Below, one piece after another: positions 1 to 9,852 of a stretch of 64,000 nucleotides of DNA. The position numbers and the translations under genes were made by a program. The notes below the pieces were generated by a model that searched no databases, was not told the origin of the DNA, and worked only from the letters and a program-made list of their open reading frames with translations. Each line of letters starts with the position of its first letter. Position 1 is the first letter of the stretch. The DNA is from a virus. Lineage: Duplodnaviria > Caudoviricetes. The DNA is taken from IMG/VR virus record IMGVR_UViG_3300033064_005393, positions 1,249-65,248 of that record. One strand, 5' to 3'.

Positions 1-677
1 AAATCTTTTTGTGACACTCCACGAATATCTCTAAAAGTAATCCATCTAAATTGAGGAAACTTCAAGTAGAAAGTTTTCACAATTTTTGCAGTATCACGTG
101 GCTCACGACACTGAATAGAAATAATAGGTTTTGCGGGCTTATCCTTTTTTTCAAAAATACTTGGAATCAATGGTTCAACAACATCGAACGTAACTCCTCG
201 TTGAACTGTTTCAATATATTGTTTTTGTTCGATTGAAGTTGTAATACATTTTAAGAATCCAAATTGAGACCAATTTGAGCCTGGTGGTAGTGTTTCCAAC
301 ATATGATCGTATGCCTGACAAAGAATAATTTTACCAGATGCAATATTGGACAGCTGTTCTAATACGTGTCCGTAAAGTTCAGGTATTACTACAAAATCTT
401 CAGGTGCGATTTGAAGTTCTTGACCTTCAATTGCCGTGTGTGGGATTTTCATATATTCTTCACCCAACCAATCACCTACTCCTTTGTAGTCTTTAGCTTC
501 GTGTAGGATTATTGAGTTATATCCTTGTTTTAGTAGTGAGTTAGCCATTTGATAAATGTATCTAACACCACCTTTTGGGTTGCCTTTTGTGTCTTGTACT
601 AGGAAATAAATTCTTGATTTTTTATTGCCTAAATTTTCAATAGCTCTTTCAACCTTTTTTATAGTTTCTGCGTCCAT
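1..677 (-). CDS. Glycosyltransferase (GT-B/GT4-like), runs off the window edge; not in the ORF track
   Basis: Hand translation from the ATG at 677: MDAETIKKVERAIENLGNKKSRIYFLVQDTKGNPKGGVRYIYQMANSLLKQGYNSIILH..., open to position 1. The 'P-x-GG-xxx-IY-xx-AN-x-L-xxx-GY' N-terminus is typical of GT-B enzymes. Confidence 0.7.
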   Translation of the reverse strand, partial: MDAETIKKVERAIENLGNKKSRIYFLVQDTKGNPKGGVRYIYQMANSLLKQGYNSIILHEAKDYKGVGDWLGEEYMKIPHTAIEGQELQIAPEDFVVIPELYGHVLEQLSNIASGKIILCQAYDHMLETLPPGSNWSQFGFLKCITTSIEQKQYIETVQRGVTFDVVEPLIPSIFEKKDKPAKPIISIQCREPRDTAKIVKTFYLKFPQFRWITFRDIRGVSQKD

Positions 678-678
678 T

Positions 679-948
679 TTAAAATTTTGTTAATATGTTA
701 TGTTTTAATAAGGTATTAAAAGCCAATTTAAAAGGAATACTTAAGTCCGATTGGTTAGTAATACCTAAAGTTTCGTCGAGTTCTTTATGTTCACTCATTA
801 TAACTTCAACCATCAATTTTGACATTTCATATTTGATTGTACTGAATTGATTGTCAGAATTTTCTTCACCATCTTTAGGTGGAATGGATAAGTAAGTTTC
901 GAATCTTTCTAAATCCAAGTAGTAATATTCGTTAAAAATTTTGATCAT
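679..948 (-). CDS. Hypothetical protein
   Basis: 89-aa ORF tightly packed within the minus-strand operon. Confidence 0.7.
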   Translation of the reverse strand: MIKIFNEYYYLDLERFETYLSIPPKDGEENSDNQFSTIKYEMSKLMVEVIMSEHKELDETLGITNQSDLSIPFKLAFNTLLKHNILTKF

Positions 949-950
949 AA

Positions 951-1550
951 TTATAAATTTAGTTGTTGGTATAATTTTGTGAATTCCTCTAAACTTTCGA
1001 TTGTGTAATCTGAAGGAGAATTTATGTTGTAAGTGGTTAAAAACTTGACGGTTTTTTTGTCTGATGGTTTCGATGATAAAATTTTTGGATTAGAAGTTAA
1101 TACTAAGTCAAAATTATCCCAAACTCTATCGAAGGTTACCTCAGAATAAAAAAGGTAATTCTCAATTAAACAACCATATTTTGAAAGAAAGAATAAAGTT
1201 GCTGGTTTTGATTTTTGTATTTCTTCAGAGATAATCCAAATTTCCTGATTGTTTCTTAAATCCTGATATATGTCATTTAGGGTTGCGAATGTATTTGGAA
1301 CTGTTGACCCTGCGTGACCAAATATGTTCATAGGAAAATCCACAAATAAAAAATCATAAAATGAGTCTTTTGATGGGAATTTAAAATGATCCATCATATT
1401 TTCAGAAGTTACTGGTAATTCCAGAGAGTATTCAAACTTTTCTTCACCTTCTTCCATTACGTAGTCATCTATAAAAAATTTTTGGTAAACCTGTCCCATT
1501 TTACCGATAGTATCTCTTAAAACTCCATTTACGTCTATTGCTATTTTCAT
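951..1550 (-). CDS. HAD-fold 5'(3')-deoxyribonucleotidase-like protein, degenerate motifs
   Basis: N-terminal IAIDVNGVLRD resembles HAD motif I (DxDGV) with the second Asp replaced by Asn; size and layout match NT5C-like phage proteins. Confidence 0.6.
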   Translation of the reverse strand: MKIAIDVNGVLRDTIGKMGQVYQKFFIDDYVMEEGEEKFEYSLELPVTSENMMDHFKFPSKDSFYDFLFVDFPMNIFGHAGSTVPNTFATLNDIYQDLRNNQEIWIISEEIQKSKPATLFFLSKYGCLIENYLFYSEVTFDRVWDNFDLVLTSNPKILSSKPSDKKTVKFLTTYNINSPSDYTIESLEEFTKLYQQLNL

Positions 1551-2269
1551 TCCTCGTATCTTTTTAAAATTTCACTTATCAGTGGGTTACGGATAATATC
1601 ATCAACACTAAAGTTGAATATACCAATATTTTTAATATTTCTAAATCTTTCGATTGCATCGTATAGTCCTGAGTGTGTTATATCTTTATATCTGTCAGTT
1701 TGTTCCAAATCACCTGATATAAAAAATTTGGAATTGTGACCTATTCTAGTCATCAAAAGTTTCATTTGTTTCGGTGTACAGTTTTGAGCTTCTTCAAAAA
1801 TTAAAATAGAATTATCAATGTTCATTCCTCTCATATATGCCAAAGCGAATACCTCAACAATGTCATACTCTTTTAATTTTTCTTTAACGTCTTTTCCGAC
1901 AATTTTATTCAAAAGATAGTAGGATGGGAAAATGTAAGGATCAAGTTTTTCTTCTACATTTCCTGGTAGTGATCCTAACTTTTCTTCCGCTTCAACTGCA
2001 GGTCTTACTATAATGATTTTTTCGTATGGTGTATCAGGGTTGACTAATAAATCTATCGCAGCTTTCATTGAGATATAAGATTTACCAACACCTGCAGGTC
2101 CACTACAAATTGTTATTTCATTTTTTTCTAAAGTTTCAAAATAATGTCTTTGATTGTCAGTTAAAAAATTTTTCCTGATTGGTTTGTTTATGATATTTTG
2201 TATTAATTCTTTTCTTGATTGACGAGGGTTACTCGTCGGAGTTACCTCAGGTTTTCTTCTAACTGCCAT
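1547..2269 (-). CDS. phoH: PhoH-like ATPase
   Basis: GPAGVGKS Walker A, RPAVEAEEKLGSLPG, AYMRG, EEAQN and GDLEQTD motifs. Confidence 0.95.
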   Translation of the reverse strand: MAVRRKPEVTPTSNPRQSRKELIQNIINKPIRKNFLTDNQRHYFETLEKNEITICSGPAGVGKSYISMKAAIDLLVNPDTPYEKIIIVRPAVEAEEKLGSLPGNVEEKLDPYIFPSYYLLNKIVGKDVKEKLKEYDIVEVFALAYMRGMNIDNSILIFEEAQNCTPKQMKLLMTRIGHNSKFFISGDLEQTDRYKDITHSGLYDAIERFRNIKNIGIFNFSVDDIIRNPLISEILKRYEE

Positions 2270-2285
2270 ATTTTTATTTCTTAGA

Positions 2286-3419
2286 TTAATTTTTTACTAG
2301 TTCTCTAGTTGTTGGTTTCTGCATAAATTCACGTCTGTAAATTGTTTTTCCGTGATCGGGACTTTCATAGATGTAAACTTTGTCTTCTTGTTCTTTTTGA
2401 ACTTGTTCGTTAATCCATTGATACGTTTTTTTCATACCTTCAATTAATTTAGATTTAGACTCCCATCCGACTTTTTCTTTGAATAGTTTGTTGTCAGAGT
2501 TTCTACCTCTAACGCCAATTGGACACTTAAAACCATACTTGTTTAAAAAGTCTTCTCCGTCTAAATTTTTTATGGTAATACTCTTACCTGAAATATCAAT
2601 TACCATCTGAGCCAATTGATTTATTGTTACCATTTCTTCAGATCCAATATTAACAGGCCCAATAAAATCTGATTCCATAAGTCTGAGTACTGATTCAACA
2701 CACTCATCAACATATAGGAATGAACGTGTCTGTTGACCGTCTCCCCACACTTCTAATTCGTATTCAGGTCTTGGTTGATTGGGAATTTTATCCCGATCAT
2801 TAACCTCCGCCGATTTTCTACACATCGCAGCTGGTGATTTTTCTTTACCACCTTTCCAAGTTCCCTGTGGTCCGAATATATTGTGGAATCTGGCAATTCT
2901 TACATCCAACCCATAGTTTTTATGGAATGCAAGATATACCCTTTCCGAAAATAGTTTTTCCCATCCATATTCTGAATCGGGATTTGCTGGGTATGCCGAT
3001 GACTCCTCAAGATTTAGATTGTTTGGGTCCATTTGATTGTGTTCAGGGTACATACAAGCGGATGAAGAATAGAACACTTTTTTAACACCTTTATTTGAAC
3101 ATTCTTTAACCACGTTTAGATTAATGAGAGAGGAGTTGTGCATCACGTTAGCGTCATTTTCACCGGTAAAAATATAACCAGCACCACCCATATCTGCCGC
3201 CAATTGATATACCTCTTCAATCGTATCGTCTATAACTAAAGAAACAACATTTGGGTCTTTTAAATCTCCAATAATAAACTCATTACAGATATCATCTTGA
3301 TTGAAATATTCGTGCCTTTTTATGTCGCACACACGAACCCAATGTCCTTCAGACTTTAATCTTTTTGCTAAGTGACCGCCAATAAAACCACCACCGCCTA
3401 AAACTACTACTTTTTTCAT
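2286..3419 (-). CDS. NAD-dependent epimerase, GDP-mannose 3,5-epimerase-like, with a short C-terminal extension
   Basis: GGGGFIG, LAADMGG, YSSSACMYP, YGWEK, RFHNIFGP, WGDGQQTRSF and GVRGRNSDN motifs characteristic of the GME subfamily of extended SDRs. Confidence 0.9.
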   Translation of the reverse strand: MKKVVVLGGGGFIGGHLAKRLKSEGHWVRVCDIKRHEYFNQDDICNEFIIGDLKDPNVVSLVIDDTIEEVYQLAADMGGAGYIFTGENDANVMHNSSLINLNVVKECSNKGVKKVFYSSSACMYPEHNQMDPNNLNLEESSAYPANPDSEYGWEKLFSERVYLAFHKNYGLDVRIARFHNIFGPQGTWKGGKEKSPAAMCRKSAEVNDRDKIPNQPRPEYELEVWGDGQQTRSFLYVDECVESVLRLMESDFIGPVNIGSEEMVTINQLAQMVIDISGKSITIKNLDGEDFLNKYGFKCPIGVRGRNSDNKLFKEKVGWESKSKLIEGMKKTYQWINEQVQKEQEDKVYIYESPDHGKTIYRREFMQKPTTRELVKN

Positions 3420-4570
3420 ATTTTAACTTTTTGACCTAATATTAATGTTTTTTCTTCCACAAATCTCACCTTGTTTCCATACTTAGAGATCAATTCTTTT
3501 TCTAAACTATTTCTAACCAAATCGGTTTCATATATAAAACAAGTATACCCCTCATCCAACAAAGAATAAAGTAATAATAATTGTTGGGAATCTGTGGTTA
3601 TGTTTATACCCTTTTTGTATGTAATAGAATCAAATATGAGAGGAAAATTTTTGTTTGGATTTTCTGTAATAACTTTATTGGTTAAAAATTTAAGATGATT
3701 GTTATTGAATTCGTCAATAACATTTGGGATATTGAAATGTAGTCCAATCTTATCTGCGTGTTTTCCGAGTGCTCTGTTGTCACGTGGGAGACAAGGTCCA
3801 CCAAACCCATAACCAAATTTCAGAAACTTATTTCCAACTCTCGAATCTGAACCAATAGTGTCCAACACTGTTGATATTTCGTCTTTAATACCAGTATTAT
3901 GACAAATTTGACCGATCATATTTGCAAAACTAATTTTTGTCGTGAGGTAACAGTTTATACCTATTTTGGTAATTTCTGCCGCTGTTGGTGTCATCTCTTT
4001 AAACACAACATCTTGGGTGAACTTCCTATAAACCTCTTTAATGTCTGAGGTATCGTCTGTAGGTCTGTTACCCAAAAGGATGAAGTCACAATTCATAAGG
4101 TCCTCGATAATGTTACCTTGACGTATAAACTCAGGATTATAAAAGACTTTTATTCCATACTGATTTAATTTTTCTTGGACCGTATCTGTATAACCTGGAT
4201 TTACTGTACAACCGATAACAAACTTTTTGTTTGATAAATCTATTTGATGTGATAAATTGATAAAGTCGTTTACTACCATATCCACAAAAGCGTGGTCGTA
4301 GTCTCCGTCGGGGAGAGATGGTGTTGCAACAAATGTAAAAATTAGATCGGTATTTCGGATAATTTCCGAATTGTGTGTTGTAAATTGTATTTTACGAGAC
4401 ACCTCAAGATATTCCTCAATAAGAGGTTCGTCCGTTTTATATGTTCTGTTGTTCAAACTATCAATATAAGATTGATTAAAGTCCGAACCAATTACCTCAA
4501 ATCCTTTATTTTCTGCCAATAAAGAAAAAGATAATCCTAATTTACCAATACCGATTACTCCAATTTTCAT
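3416..4570 (-). CDS. ugd: UDP-glucose/GDP-mannose 6-dehydrogenase
   Basis: GIGKLG Rossmann motif, FVATP, YNPEF, AEITK and the catalytic GFGGPCLPRD. Confidence 0.9.
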   Translation of the reverse strand: MKIGVIGIGKLGLSFSLLAENKGFEVIGSDFNQSYIDSLNNRTYKTDEPLIEEYLEVSRKIQFTTHNSEIIRNTDLIFTFVATPSLPDGDYDHAFVDMVVNDFINLSHQIDLSNKKFVIGCTVNPGYTDTVQEKLNQYGIKVFYNPEFIRQGNIIEDLMNCDFILLGNRPTDDTSDIKEVYRKFTQDVVFKEMTPTAAEITKIGINCYLTTKISFANMIGQICHNTGIKDEISTVLDTIGSDSRVGNKFLKFGYGFGGPCLPRDNRALGKHADKIGLHFNIPNVIDEFNNNHLKFLTNKVITENPNKNFPLIFDSITYKKGINITTDSQQLLLLYSLLDEGYTCFIYETDLVRNSLEKELISKYGNKVRFVEEKTLILGQKVKI

Positions 4571-4653
4571 AGTATAAATTATTAACTAATCTAAACAATT
4601 TTGACACTAAATAAAGTTATATCAAATAGGGGGTTTTAATTATAAAAATAGTA

Positions 4654-6168
4654 TCAAACATTTTTAAAAATGTTTTGCCATATTGATAGTAACTTTGGTT
4701 TGTGTTGATTAACAAAGGTTAACAGGGATTGAAAATCCTTTTGAAAAAGTGATATTTTTTCAGGGTTTTCATTTCTTGTGACTGACTCATAATGATATGC
4801 TACGGAATTACCTAATGTTACGTTTTTGAATCCACTAATGAGACATTTTAAATTTAGTTCAACATCCTCTAAGCAATCTTCGTAGTTTGTATTAAATCCC
4901 CCAAAGTTTTTAAATGTGGTGGTCCTCATCATTAAGAATGCACCTGTATTACCTACAAGGTTCTTTTTAAAATTCCAAAAGTTATGGTGACTTTTAAAAT
5001 GATGGTGACCAACCTGAAGGTTTGTATTACTGTCTGTATATGCAAAGACACCGGCGTGTTGAACGGTGTTATCTTCAAAGTGTAATCTAATTCCTACAGT
5101 ACCTGCGGTTTTGTTTATTTTAAATTCTTTTACACATTCACTAATCGCATCGTTCAAAATTTTTACATCATTGTTCAAAAACAAAACCAACTCTTCATTA
5201 TTGAGGTGATTAAAGATGACTTCATTATTGATCTTAGCGAAGTTGTAATAATCAAATTCAATTAAATTTATTTTCAAATTATCTTTGTACCTATCCTTAA
5301 TCTCATTCAATTTTTCAAATTCTGATCCTGTGTCGGCAATATAAATTTTGTAGTTTTCGTACCTTGAAATTTCTGTTATTGAATCAACACAATCAAATAA
5401 CAAATTGTTATGATTTTTATGTGGTATTACTATAGCCAACGAAGGGTCGTTTTTCGATGGTTTAATATTAATTGGATTAAAATTAACTTTGTCAGGATAG
5501 ATGGTCAATGGTAAATGTTCACCATATTTGTCTTTGAATTTTACTTTATTGAATTCAAATTCCTGATTTGTTTGACCTACAGATTCGTGAACCAATTCAA
5601 ATGAATTTGTTACTCCAATCTTAACACCTTTAATGTAATTTGGGACGCAAAATGCGTGATCATAAAAGTGAAAACCCTCAATGTATTCATCAAACCTCTC
5701 AACAATTTTTGTTTTATTCACTGCAATAAAAACACCATCAACAGTAACAACAGGTATTATCCCGAACGAAGTGTCTGAATATCTTGAAAGAAATTTCGGT
5801 TTGTCTTTTGGTTTGTGCCAAACCTCACCAACCATATGTATATGTAGTTTTTCCCAATAAACACAAGACTCAGGAAAATGGACACTTCCGGCTTTTCCTA
5901 ATATACCATACTCAGGGTTATCTTGAAAATCTTTTAAAAGTTTTTTACCCCAATTTTTACTCAATTTAACGTCGTTATGAACGAATACCACAATATCGTG
6001 AATAGATTCATCTAAACCCATATTATATATTTGGGATAGGGAAAACTGTCTCATATTAACACTCATTAGGACCTGAATGTCTTTAAGTCCTGAAGTATCT
6101 TTTAAATGTTTGATAAACTCATCGTTTTGTTCGGGAGTTCTATGGGTGGAAAAAACAACACTTATCAT
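4654..6168 (-). CDS. Two-domain GT-A (family 2-like) glycosyltransferase
   Basis: N-domain with FVHNDV, VDGVF and FHFYD; C-domain with IVIP, ADTGS, NFAKINN, FLNND, TGAFL and EDVELNL. Confidence 0.85.
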   Translation of the reverse strand: MISVVFSTHRTPEQNDEFIKHLKDTSGLKDIQVLMSVNMRQFSLSQIYNMGLDESIHDIVVFVHNDVKLSKNWGKKLLKDFQDNPEYGILGKAGSVHFPESCVYWEKLHIHMVGEVWHKPKDKPKFLSRYSDTSFGIIPVVTVDGVFIAVNKTKIVERFDEYIEGFHFYDHAFCVPNYIKGVKIGVTNSFELVHESVGQTNQEFEFNKVKFKDKYGEHLPLTIYPDKVNFNPINIKPSKNDPSLAIVIPHKNHNNLLFDCVDSITEISRYENYKIYIADTGSEFEKLNEIKDRYKDNLKINLIEFDYYNFAKINNEVIFNHLNNEELVLFLNNDVKILNDAISECVKEFKINKTAGTVGIRLHFEDNTVQHAGVFAYTDSNTNLQVGHHHFKSHHNFWNFKKNLVGNTGAFLMMRTTTFKNFGGFNTNYEDCLEDVELNLKCLISGFKNVTLGNSVAYHYESVTRNENPEKISLFQKDFQSLLTFVNQHKPKLLSIWQNIFKNV

Positions 6169-6896
6169 ACTACAAAATTAAAAAAGTTTTTGGCAGATAA
6201 ATCTTCCACCTCATTAAAATTATGATTGTCAAAATCTTGCCAAGTTCTGATACCTTGTCCTTTTTTTGTGTCGGCTCTACCCCTTTTAATTTTTTCTTCA
6301 AACTCGATTTTTGTCTTACAAAAGTAGTGGTTAATTTGTGCCACTTCATCTTTACCTTCGGGGTTAAATGGTCCTGAACCAAGTTTGTTTTCAGGACTTA
6401 CCCACATACCGTCTGTGTTATGTGGAGTCGTAAAATTGTGTTTGGAGGTAACTTTAGAAATTGTTTTAATGTGCCTATTGATTGATTTTTGTCTTTTTGT
6501 AAATCTGTTTACAACACTTGACTCACTCTGAGAAAACTCATCAATATTATTATCACCAAATAAAACCCAATTAATTGCAATATTGTTGAACATCGAATAG
6601 TCTTTGATAAAAGATTTGATGTTGTCGTGTTTTTTTAAAACCAAGTATTCATCCACATCGAAGAAAGCCGCCCAGTCGTATATTCCATCATAATTCTTCA
6701 AAAAGTGATTGTACTTGGGTACTTGAATATTTTCTCCTATAATTTTATATGTTTTTACTTGCGGGTGTTTGATTTCAAAATCCCACTCGTGTTGGAAAAT
6801 AATAATATCATCAAATCCTAATTTTAGGTTATAATCGATCCACTCTTGGATATATAAATCTTCATTTTTAGCGACACAAACTAATGCAACTTTCAT
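6165..6896 (-). CDS. Glycosyltransferase, GT2/GT92-like
   Basis: AKNEDLYIQEWIDY..LGFD, W-x-AFFDVDEY (DxD) and INHY motifs. Confidence 0.85.
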   Translation of the reverse strand: MKVALVCVAKNEDLYIQEWIDYNLKLGFDDIIIFQHEWDFEIKHPQVKTYKIIGENIQVPKYNHFLKNYDGIYDWAAFFDVDEYLVLKKHDNIKSFIKDYSMFNNIAINWVLFGDNNIDEFSQSESSVVNRFTKRQKSINRHIKTISKVTSKHNFTTPHNTDGMWVSPENKLGSGPFNPEGKDEVAQINHYFCKTKIEFEEKIKRGRADTKKGQGIRTWQDFDNHNFNEVEDLSAKNFFNFVV

Positions 6897-7309
6897 TGGA
6901 ATACTTGTATTTTGTGTTCTTTATCGGTTAGTGGTGTCCACTTTCCTTCATATCTTGTGGCTCTAACAATGTGATTATCAATCCAATGATAGTTTCCACC
7001 TCTTGGTTTATTCATTAATAAATTATGGTACAAATATCCTTGGTTCTTTAACCAAATTTCGGTAACCTCACGATGTGATTCTGTTATAGAGGTGAAGAAA
7101 GTTATAATGTGTCCCTTACTATACCACTCATTAATCATTTCAATGGATCCTACATATGGAACACAAGTTTCCATTCTCGAAGGTTCTTCATTAGGAACGT
7201 CTTCGGTGATTGTCCCATCTATATCAATAAGATAATTTTTTAGACCATCAGGTAATACAGGACTAATGGTATTTCCAAGTAAATTACTTCCCTGTAGATC
7301 CAAATCCAT
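6893..7309 (-). CDS. Small HAD-family phosphatase
   Basis: IDIDGT motif I, FFTS motif II, KPRGG and WIDN; resembles Flavobacteriia proteins as I recall them. The start overlaps the dUTPase stop and is uncertain. Confidence 0.8.
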   Translation of the reverse strand: MDLDLQGSNLLGNTISPVLPDGLKNYLIDIDGTITEDVPNEEPSRMETCVPYVGSIEMINEWYSKGHIITFFTSITESHREVTEIWLKNQGYLYHNLLMNKPRGGNYHWIDNHIVRATRYEGKWTPLTDKEHKIQVFQ

Positions 7310-7889
7310 TTTCGTTTCTATCTTTATCGTTGATGTTTAGAACTCTTTTTAGATTTACATTTTTACCTTGAACTACAGGACACAAAACTGCTTGTGCAAT
7401 TTTTTGACCATTTGAAAGGTTGATCGGCAAATTGTTCATATTCATCAAAATCACTTTAATTTCACCGGTGTATCCTTGATCTACAGTACCAGGACTGTTC
7501 AAAACAACTAACCCTTGATTAATAGCTACACCACTTTTGGTTCTAACTTGTATTTCAAAACCTTCGGGTATGTTAACAAACAATCCAGTGGAGACTAATT
7601 TCCTTTCAAAACCTGCAAAACGAACTTCTCCTAAAGAATACAGGTCAAATCCTGAGTCAGTGGGATGTGCATATGAAGGTTCAGGATTTACAGACTTATA
7701 AACATACTCTAACTCAACACTGACATCGGGTGTCATCATCTTTTGGAAGTCATCTTCAAAATCTTTGAAATCTACACCAAGGGATTCCATTAATTTTTCA
7801 GGTGACTGATTGGCGGGATCACTCATCATCTTGCGTAACTCTTTTATGTTACGGAGTCCGTCATTTAAGTTTTTAATATTTTCAAACAT
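7284..7889 (-). CDS. dut: Trimeric dUTPase with an N-terminal extension
   Basis: SGFDL, RTKSG, GTVDQGYTGEI, KIAQ and RNENGFGSTG (motifs 1-5). Confidence 0.95.
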   Translation of the reverse strand: MFENIKNLNDGLRNIKELRKMMSDPANQSPEKLMESLGVDFKDFEDDFQKMMTPDVSVELEYVYKSVNPEPSYAHPTDSGFDLYSLGEVRFAGFERKLVSTGLFVNIPEGFEIQVRTKSGVAINQGLVVLNSPGTVDQGYTGEIKVILMNMNNLPINLSNGQKIAQAVLCPVVQGKNVNLKRVLNINDKDRNENGFGSTGK

Positions 7890-8590
7890 TACGATAAGGT
7901 ATAAAATTTTTCTACGACTTTTATAAGAACTTCAACGTCCTTTTCACAATAATCTTTAATTTGTTCAATCTTCTGATCTTTCCAATATGCTTCGTGAACT
8001 TTGTTACCAACAACTTCCATATTTTTAGAAGACTCAACACCCATACAAACACACATAAGTTCTAGTGAACCGATTGTTGAGAAACTACCAAACTGCCACA
8101 ATTCCTTCGTATCAAGTGCTTTAATTTCCCAAGGTTTAGTATCGTATGAAGGAAGAATTGGTGGTGGTACAAGACCATTAATGACCATTCTTTTTGCCAA
8201 GACCGGAACGTCAAATCCTTTAACATTGTGTCCACAAAGATGAAAATCTAACTTACCGATTCTTTTTAATAGTGTTTGAGTATCCTCAAGGATTTGTTTT
8301 TCGTTGTCTCCATAAAAACTTTGCATTTTTATATCACCATCTGGCCCAACAAAACCAACACTAACACATACAATTTTTAAGAATTCAGCAACTAATGCAG
8401 ACTTGTTATAGAACATTTCTTCAGGTCCTTTTCCCTGATGTTCAGGAAATCTTTTTTCAAACCAATCCAAGTAATGTTCAAATTGGTATGCTAACTCAGG
8501 GTGGAATTGTTGGAGAGTATCGAAGTCAGGTGTAACACCGACAGTTTCGATATCAATGAATAATAATTTTGATATAGGTAAACGTATCAT
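7889..8590 (-). CDS. Stand-alone PolB-related 3'-5' exonuclease (DEDDy)
   Basis: FIDIET (ExoI), GHNVKGFD (ExoII), YCEKD (ExoIII). Confidence 0.9.
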   Translation of the reverse strand: MIRLPISKLLFIDIETVGVTPDFDTLQQFHPELAYQFEHYLDWFEKRFPEHQGKGPEEMFYNKSALVAEFLKIVCVSVGFVGPDGDIKMQSFYGDNEKQILEDTQTLLKRIGKLDFHLCGHNVKGFDVPVLAKRMVINGLVPPPILPSYDTKPWEIKALDTKELWQFGSFSTIGSLELMCVCMGVESSKNMEVVGNKVHEAYWKDQKIEQIKDYCEKDVEVLIKVVEKFYTLS

Positions 8591-9795
8591 TTGATTAGGG
8601 ATTTATAAAATTCTGCTCTTGTTTTTGTCACATTTTGAAGACTGTAAGTGTCTTTGACTGTTTCATATAGTCTTTCACCCAATTCTTTTGCCCAAGACGG
8701 ATTTTGAATTAATTTTTTGATGTTGTACGCCCAGTCACTGTGATTTTTTTTCTCTTCAACGAGAAGAGCGTTACCATCAGTAAACTCACCTTGTTTTAGT
8801 GCGTGTTTTAGGTCGATCGTATATGGACCCAAGTCCGATGCAATAATGGCCTTCTTGTAAAAACCAGCCTCAATAACTTTCAGTTGTGACTTCATTCTAT
8901 TAAAAATATGATTTTTAATTGGGACCAAAGATACATCAAAAAGTGAGTAGTTTCTAGCGTATGAAGTTACAGGTTTAGTCCAAACACGATTGTAGAACTG
9001 ATATCCACCTGAATATTGTTCGTCCTTCCATTGTAGAAGAAACTCTTTGTGTTTGGGATCTACTAAATTATAGTTGTTGGTAAAAATAGCTTCATATTTT
9101 GACCATACAGTTTCGTGTGGAATTATAGGTCTATTCCTTTGTTCTTTTGTTTGTTGGTTAATTTCTGTAACGGTACCTCTTAAATCAAAACCACACAAAT
9201 AGAGCTGATAGTCATTTTTAAATTGTGATAATTTACTAAAAGTACCTGAAAATAATTCAATATCGTGAAGGTGAGAAGATCCACCTAACCATCCAAATCT
9301 TAATTTGTCAGACTCTAAAGTTGGTTCTTTGAATTGTAGTTCTTCAGGATTAACGGCATTTGGAAATACAAATACGTTTTTATTTAATTTTTTAATTTCA
9401 TCTGCAAATATGGATGTTGTTGTGGTAACATACTGCACAGCAACAAGGTTATTTTTGATGAGAGTGTCAAGACCTTTAGAAATGACTAATTGGTATACTG
9501 GATGTTCTTTGGTCGGTAACCAGAAATCGTCGATGTCCATAATTGTAATGATACCCATATTTTTCAATACCTCTAACAATTGTGGACATTGTTCATATGG
9601 TCCTAATGTTCTGTGAAAATGCACAATTTGATATTTCTTCCAAAAGTTTACATCTGTGATTTTTGGTTCATAGTCAATATCTATGTGGAATTCGTCACCA
9701 TATAATGTTTGGAGCATCGTGTGAGGGTCAACCGACCTAAATTTACCCACACCAAATCTATCTGAGGGCACTACTAAAACATTAATTTTGGGCAT
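8587..9795 (-). CDS. Glycosyltransferase (GT-B, GT4-like)
   Basis: GVGKFR..P, DIDD, GWLGGSSHLHD, FNRMKSQLKVIEAG and IIASD..PY motifs. Confidence 0.85.
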   Translation of the reverse strand: MPKINVLVVPSDRFGVGKFRSVDPHTMLQTLYGDEFHIDIDYEPKITDVNFWKKYQIVHFHRTLGPYEQCPQLLEVLKNMGIITIMDIDDFWLPTKEHPVYQLVISKGLDTLIKNNLVAVQYVTTTTSIFADEIKKLNKNVFVFPNAVNPEELQFKEPTLESDKLRFGWLGGSSHLHDIELFSGTFSKLSQFKNDYQLYLCGFDLRGTVTEINQQTKEQRNRPIIPHETVWSKYEAIFTNNYNLVDPKHKEFLLQWKDEQYSGGYQFYNRVWTKPVTSYARNYSLFDVSLVPIKNHIFNRMKSQLKVIEAGFYKKAIIASDLGPYTIDLKHALKQGEFTDGNALLVEEKKNHSDWAYNIKKLIQNPSWAKELGERLYETVKDTYSLQNVTKTRAEFYKSLIK

Positions 9796-9852
9796 ATAAT
9801 AAAGAAAATTTCTCTAAAGTATAACCAAAATTAATTGAAATGAAAAGTGACC

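Noticed and set aside
51-236. 61-aa plus-strand ORF
   Set aside because: Antisense shadow of the uncalled glycosyltransferase at 1-677.
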